From positions 114 to 64,113 of the IMG/VR virus record IMGVR_UViG_2623620512_000003: a stretch of 64,000 nucleotides of DNA, one strand, 5' to 3'. Below the pieces are notes generated by a model. It did no database searches. It was not told the origin of the DNA and worked only from the letters and a program-made list of their open reading frames with translations. Made by a program: the position numbers and the translations under genes. The stretch is from a virus. Taxonomy: Duplodnaviria; Caudoviricetes. Positions 59,422 to 64,000 of this stretch are shown piece after piece. How positions within the stretch are numbered: the first letter of the stretch is position 1; every line of letters begins with the position of its first letter.

Positions 59422-59504
59422 GGTAGAAAAAATCCGTTTCCGAGTAAACTATTGCGGTATCTGGTAGAACATTTCTGAGAGGCGGTAGAACATTTGGTAG
59501 AACA
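59422..59504 (+). repeat. GGTAGAA(CATTT) direct repeats, putative integrase arm-binding sites
   Basis: Copies at 59422, 59463, 59484 and 59496, between int and tRNA. Confidence 0.55.
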
Positions 59505-59643
59505 ACCTTCATTAATTAGTTAACTGCAATTCCTGATAGCTCTGTTATTACCCAGCCAAGCTGCGTGGTTCAACATTGTTTCTAACGTGACAGAACTATC
59601 GTGAAATTAGTTAGTTAGCAGTACCCTAACCGCTATTTAACAC

Positions 59644-59679
59644 AAAATCGACGAACCTTATATGTTCGTCGATTCTTTT
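59644..59679. terminator. Hairpin 3' of tRNA
   Basis: aatcgacgaac-cttatat-gttcgtcgatt. Confidence 0.65.
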
Positions 59680-59684
59680 GCTTG

Positions 59685-59757
59685 TACACCCGCAGAGGTT
59701 CGAACTCTGGACACCCTGATTAAGAGTCAGGTGCTCTACCAACTGAGCTACGGGTGC
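59685..59757 (-). tRNA. tRNA-Lys(CTT), probable attachment site
   Basis: GCACCCGTAGCTCAGTTGGTAGAGCACCTGACTCTTAATCAGGGTGTCCAGAGTTCGAACCTCTGCGGGTGTA cloverleaf; promoter TACCTTTG at 59781-59788 on minus strand. Confidence 0.96.
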
Positions 59758-59907
59758 ATCGTTTTCTTGTTTAGCGGGTGCAAAGGTAGTCATTTTTTTT
59801 CTTACCCACAAATTTTGAGACTACTTTTTTTCCTGACGACAACATTTTTAAGCAAGGTGGGCAAGGGACGGTCTCACAGGCCGCGCCGACCGTCCCTCCC
59901 CCCTTTT

Positions 59908-60366
59908 TCACCTGATGGTGATCCAGACGGGCTCACCCCTACCCTTTGCCTCAACAATTTTCTGCTTGAGACGATGGGTCCATATGCGGCTGTCCACCAC
60001 CTGCCCCACCAGTTTGTTCTTGCCCACCAGTATGCAACCTTCGGTATCCTTGGCCGTGTTGCCCGCATGGATGCGTATGCCCTGCCATTTGCGGTTGAAC
60101 TCAGGGCCACCAAGCAGGATGGGCAGCCACTGCTTGAACTTGGGCGAATACGAGATAACCACTGCGTAGCGACCTTCGGGGATGGCCGAGCGACCTTTCA
60201 CCTTGTAGGCCCCGTTCTTGTAGTCGCGCCAGGTAGGTTCCAGTGTGTCGCAAAAATAGTCATCGGCTGTGCCGCTCAGATATTCATCCACCACTTGGCG
60301 GCGTATGTACAGACGACCTATCGTGTAGGTCCTGCGTTTTGCTATACGTTCTAAAATCAATTCCAT
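59908..60366 (-). CDS. DUF5675-like protein
   Basis: YTIGRL, CDTLE, AIPEGRY, IRIHAGN...DTEGCILVG. Confidence 0.75.
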   Translation of the reverse strand: MELILERIAKRRTYTIGRLYIRRQVVDEYLSGTADDYFCDTLEPTWRDYKNGAYKVKGRSAIPEGRYAVVISYSPKFKQWLPILLGGPEFNRKWQGIRIHAGNTAKDTEGCILVGKNKLVGQVVDSRIWTHRLKQKIVEAKGRGEPVWITIR

Positions 60367-60459
60367 AAATGCTTAATGTTACAATGTTACAAAGTTACTT
60401 TGTTACAAAGCGGAAGCCGCTCGAGCTCTGCTCGCTTTTACAAAGCGGAAGCAAATTTT

Positions 60460-62709
60460 TCACTTTTCACTATTCACTTTTACCTTACTCCAGTGGTAGC
60501 GGTCGGTTTTGCTAATCCATCCGTCGCGCATCCATCGAGAGATAATCATGCGCATGGCCGATTCCGAGCAGTAGCCGCACTTCAAGGCTCGCAGGTCGTC
60601 GAGGGTAAAAGTGGGTGCAAGCTGGTCGAACACGGAGTGGTTGGCTCCATATCGCTGACACTCCTCATGAGCATCAACATATTGATTCTGTAATGCCTCG
60701 CCGAATGCTTTTATCTGCTGAGAAAGGCAATACTCGGCCATCATCAGTGCGAAGTCTATACAAGCCTTGGATTCCTTGAGGTTTGAGGTTTGAGATTTGA
60801 GGTTTCTCGCCCCCATGGAGAGCAGGTGGAACACAACCCCGCACCGGAAACCGATGACGGCAGCACGCTTACGATAAGTATCCTTCACGTGGTCGATATC
60901 CTTGGCAGCCTCTACGCGTTTCTGCTCCACCCACTGCTCGATGGCCTTGCGCAGACGCGGGGTGTCAATGAGTCCGGAGAACGCACGCAGACGGGTGACG
61001 GCCTCTTGTATCATGGCTTCATCCCCGGCCGAACGACGGCCAAACTTGGGCATCTTCGAGAAACTGCTGTCGGGCATCTCGGCCACGAGGATTCGGCTAG
61101 AAAGCCCGTTCTCTATGTTGTCCGACTTAAAGCACTTTCTGAGTGCTCCGTTGGTGCCGAGCATCGTCCAGTTGTAGGCCACCTTCACCACTCCCGACTC
61201 TGCGGCATCCGAGTTGTAATCCTGCCCCCACTCACCCTTGTCAAAGCTCAGGCGGTAGATGTCGTACTTTGAGCTCCACGAGCCGGCACCGTTGGTTTTA
61301 CGCAGGGTGTCGAGTTCCTCACCAAAGCTGTAGAGCGTGTGACCCTGAGCATTCTTGAAGCGCTTGAGCAAAGTAGAACACGAGACCGTCACCGGCACCA
61401 TCCTTATCAGCACCTTCGGGTCGTCGGGCGCCTTCTCGTTGGCCTTGCGCCCCTTCTTGCGCTCCTTCCACTCCTCCTCACGCTTTCGGGCAAGGGCGTC
61501 TTCTTCATCGAACTGACGCTTCCATACATCGATGGCATTCTTCACCACCGACTTGTTAGAAGCCTGTTCACCACGTATAATCGACATCAGTCCCAGGTGC
61601 TGCAAGTTGCCGTCGCAATACTCCACCATCACCTGGTCGGCATAGGCCGCTGCAATGGGCAGCACACCACAGAGCACCGGCATGTGCATCGACACGGGCA
61701 CACCCGTCAGCGACTCTTTAAGGCCCATTGGCAAAGCTTTGACATTGACCTTCACACCAGTCTCTGCCCGAACCGCCTCGGCATCCTCGATTTCGTCTGA
61801 AGAGATACCCATTTCCAGCGCACTTACAATGCCTTGCATCATCTTTGAAATGCCCTTGGGCGTCTCCTTGCAAGCCGAGTCGACCACGCTGCGAAGTTCA
61901 ACGTCGGAGAGTCCGAATCGGGGCATCACCTGCATCAGCACCTCTTTCTTGTTGTCGCAGATAGCACGAAGACTGACGGCCAACTTGTGCAGTTTCACGT
62001 TGCGCTCGCCTTCGGCCGGCTCTCCGCCGTTGCGATGCCACCACTCTGCTATAATAGAGGTATAAGGGATGCCCTTGAACATCAGTTCCGTATGGGGCTC
62101 TTGTGCGGCTTCGGATGTAGGCAGGCTCTTCTGCTCGCAGCCCTCATCGGAAGTCGGCTGACTTTTGCGCTCACAGTCCTCAGAGACCTCAAACAGCTTG
62201 TCGCTGACATACTTCGTATGGTCCTCGGGCACCATGTAGATGCACCTCGAAACATCCTTCACCGCGGCATCCGGCTCAAAGCCCGTAGCCTCCTGCATCA
62301 GCTGCTGAGCCTGCTCGGCCGTCATGCCGTCGGGCAACTCAACGAGCACATGAGTGCCACGACGAACGCTTTCCTCTATCAGCAGCGGCACCAACGGCGA
62401 CTGCTCCAAGAGTCGGGCACAGATTTCGTCCGTGTGACCCTTCTCGTCAAAATCCAGCATCAGTCGGTTCAGCGGACGCACCGCATCGGCAATGGCACGA
62501 TGATTATTCTTGAACTCAGCGCAGTGGGGTGTCCACACCGGCAGCCGATGCTTCAACTGCTCGTCGCCACGCTCTATCCTTTCACACATCTCTTTCAGCC
62601 AAGGCTCGCGGCGAAGTTTTTCCCAATCCTCGCGGTTGGCTGGTAAGCAAGGGGCGCCGTGTCCCTTGCCTATGCATGTAAACATCAATCGTTCCAAAAT
62701 CATTTCCAT
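60460..62709 (-). CDS. Bacteroidales primase-like protein (VirE_N, PriCT-like and DUF3987-like regions)
   Basis: KHRLP, MLDFD, KDVSRCIY, EGERN..L, EELDTL, NGLSSR motifs. Confidence 0.65.
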   Translation of the reverse strand: MEMILERLMFTCIGKGHGAPCLPANREDWEKLRREPWLKEMCERIERGDEQLKHRLPVWTPHCAEFKNNHRAIADAVRPLNRLMLDFDEKGHTDEICARLLEQSPLVPLLIEESVRRGTHVLVELPDGMTAEQAQQLMQEATGFEPDAAVKDVSRCIYMVPEDHTKYVSDKLFEVSEDCERKSQPTSDEGCEQKSLPTSEAAQEPHTELMFKGIPYTSIIAEWWHRNGGEPAEGERNVKLHKLAVSLRAICDNKKEVLMQVMPRFGLSDVELRSVVDSACKETPKGISKMMQGIVSALEMGISSDEIEDAEAVRAETGVKVNVKALPMGLKESLTGVPVSMHMPVLCGVLPIAAAYADQVMVEYCDGNLQHLGLMSIIRGEQASNKSVVKNAIDVWKRQFDEEDALARKREEEWKERKKGRKANEKAPDDPKVLIRMVPVTVSCSTLLKRFKNAQGHTLYSFGEELDTLRKTNGAGSWSSKYDIYRLSFDKGEWGQDYNSDAAESGVVKVAYNWTMLGTNGALRKCFKSDNIENGLSSRILVAEMPDSSFSKMPKFGRRSAGDEAMIQEAVTRLRAFSGLIDTPRLRKAIEQWVEQKRVEAAKDIDHVKDTYRKRAAVIGFRCGVVFHLLSMGARNLKSQTSNLKESKACIDFALMMAEYCLSQQIKAFGEALQNQYVDAHEECQRYGANHSVFDQLAPTFTLDDLRALKCGYCSESAMRMIISRWMRDGWISKTDRYHWSKVKVNSEK

Positions 62710-63146
62710 AGCGTTTCCTCCTTGCGTGTTTTAAAGTAAGACATAATCTCGTCGGCCTCCTCCTCGTAGAGGGCCTTGGTCAGCGCCAGTCCGTATTTCT
62801 TCGGGAACTTGAACATGACATAGACGTATTCCTCGTTAATGCGTCGGTGACCATCGCTGGGACGTATTTGAGGACGAGTCATCTTCACTGCTCCGTGGGC
62901 AGTCTCGTAGAGGGTCTCGTGGAGTGGTCCCTTGCTGCCGACCTTGTAGCGCTTCACTCTGGTGCGACCGTCGGCATCCACCTCGATGCCACCACGGTAG
63001 CGCACACGCTCACCGTTGGTCACCTCCTTCTCGTCCTCCCACGGGCACGGCACTATCAGCATGTTGCCGTTCAACTGGAAGTTAACACTTGCGTCCATCT
63101 GGACTGCGTTGTTCAAAATCTGTGGTCTAAAAAAAGTTGGTTCCAT
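62700..63146 (-). CDS. Hypothetical protein
   Basis: 148 aa; overlaps the primase start. Confidence 0.6.
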   Translation of the reverse strand: MEPTFFRPQILNNAVQMDASVNFQLNGNMLIVPCPWEDEKEVTNGERVRYRGGIEVDADGRTRVKRYKVGSKGPLHETLYETAHGAVKMTRPQIRPSDGHRRINEEYVYVMFKFPKKYGLALTKALYEEEADEIMSYFKTRKEETLWK

Positions 63147-63376
63147 TTTGCTTGCTGATTCGGCTTCGAAGAAGTTCCAGTCGTCCGATGGCCATCTTTC
63201 ACGTGAAAACTCCCTTCACTCCGTCTCAGCACCCCACTGCCTTTTCAGCGGGCTTTAAATTGTTTGACGATGCAAAGTTAAGCACAACAAAAAGAAGCGG
63301 CGGTCACTTCCGTAACCGCCGTATAATGTCCGTATAAAGTCCGTAAATTATTGTCTCTTAATACGGAAATTCCGTA

Positions 63377-64000
63377 TTACAACATCTTTTCTATTGCGTA
63401 CCAAAGTTCTTCGCAGAAGTCCTCTTGGGGATTGTTTTTCATGTCATAGTAAGCCTCATTTCTATCACGAGGGTCGGTAATCACTTTTGTAAAGTTCTTC
63501 ATGGTACTTTCACTGATATGCAGTCTGTCAGGGAACTCTTCGGGTGTAATGCCGCCAGCCATATTCACAAAGTCCGTTTGAGTAAAGCCAGCCTTTTCCA
63601 GGCTGTCGCGTACAACCAGAAACGTTCCTATCCAATGATTTTTTGTCGTAAACAGTTTTCTGTTATACATATCCAATAGAGCCGACTTTAATAGCTCTGT
63701 ACGAGCCGCTATGTCCAAACGACGATACTTGGCTCTGGGGTCTTGATCAAATTGTTGAGGGCGTAGCAGTTCATGGGACTCACCAGGAAGACTGACTTCG
63801 TTAAAGCGTCTTTGCTTGACGATGCGAGCCACAAAATCAATGATGTAAAGATCAGTAGGATTGCAGTTATAGGCATAAATCAGCAGTGCATCGGTGTACA
63901 TGGTCTTACCGATGTTGTACTGTGCCTGTTTCATAATAGTCGCTATGCTTACAGGCGCAGAATCGATTTCAAGAAACTCCTTGTCGTAGTCCTTTCTCAT
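63377..64000 (-). CDS. Hypothetical protein (may extend beyond window)
   Basis: ORF runs to the window edge. Confidence 0.55.
   Translation of the reverse strand: MRKDYDKEFLEIDSAPVSIATIMKQAQYNIGKTMYTDALLIYAYNCNPTDLYIIDFVARIVKQRRFNEVSLPGESHELLRPQQFDQDPRAKYRRLDIAARTELLKSALLDMYNRKLFTTKNHWIGTFLVVRDSLEKAGFTQTDFVNMAGGITPEEFPDRLHISESTMKNFTKVITDPRDRNEAYYDMKNNPQEDFCEELWYAIEKML

Larger units (their letters stand above)
1..59684. mobile_element. Integrated tailed prophage (siphovirus-like, Bacteroidales host); left end outside window
   Basis: Terminase, portal, ClpP-type protease, capsid, tape measure, holin/amidase and tyrosine integrase, ending at the 3' end of tRNA-Lys. Confidence 0.92.

Noticed and set aside
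59422-59504. Short repeats as a CRISPR array (also the repeats near 10990-11050 and 46200-46260)
   Set aside because: Units are too short, lack unique spacers, or lie inside coding sequence; no cas genes present.
1-59684. ICE or conjugative element interpretation, prompted by ardA and the hairpin promoters
   Set aside because: No relaxase, coupling protein or T4SS genes in the window while head and tail genes are present; cannot be excluded for the unseen left part.
59662-60354. 230-aa plus-strand ORF
   Set aside because: Overlaps the tRNA and the DUF5675-like gene on the opposite strand.

Overview
Most of the window (about 1-59,680) is the right-hand part of a tailed, siphovirus-like prophage of a Bacteroidales host (Prevotella-like, judged from TAnnTTTG promoters and gene content). 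It is integrated at the 3' end of a tRNA-Lys(CTT) beside a tyrosine integrase; its left end lies outside the window. Core modules (replication, ClpP/capsid/tail tube, terminase, portal, neck/tail, lysis, tape measure) are separated by mostly AT-rich cargo: a lipoprotein cassette, a WYL/GIY-YIG/type I R-M block, a caspase-CHASE2 cassette and small minus-strand genes. A primase/DUF5675-like cassette follows the tRNA. The most unusual signals are non-coding. (1) Two homologous fold-back cassettes: a conserved hairpin core carrying an outward-facing promoter box is preceded by a 200-400 nt degenerate inverted copy of the downstream genes (ardA; two small unknown genes). (2) A fixed-spacing GTCTTTT-N20-TAnnTTTGC motif in 8 copies, each before a core phage operon. 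(3) A candidate sRNA complementary to the capsid translation-initiation region. (4) A roughly 750-nt densely base-paired non-coding region. All alignments and folds were done by eye and need computational confirmation.
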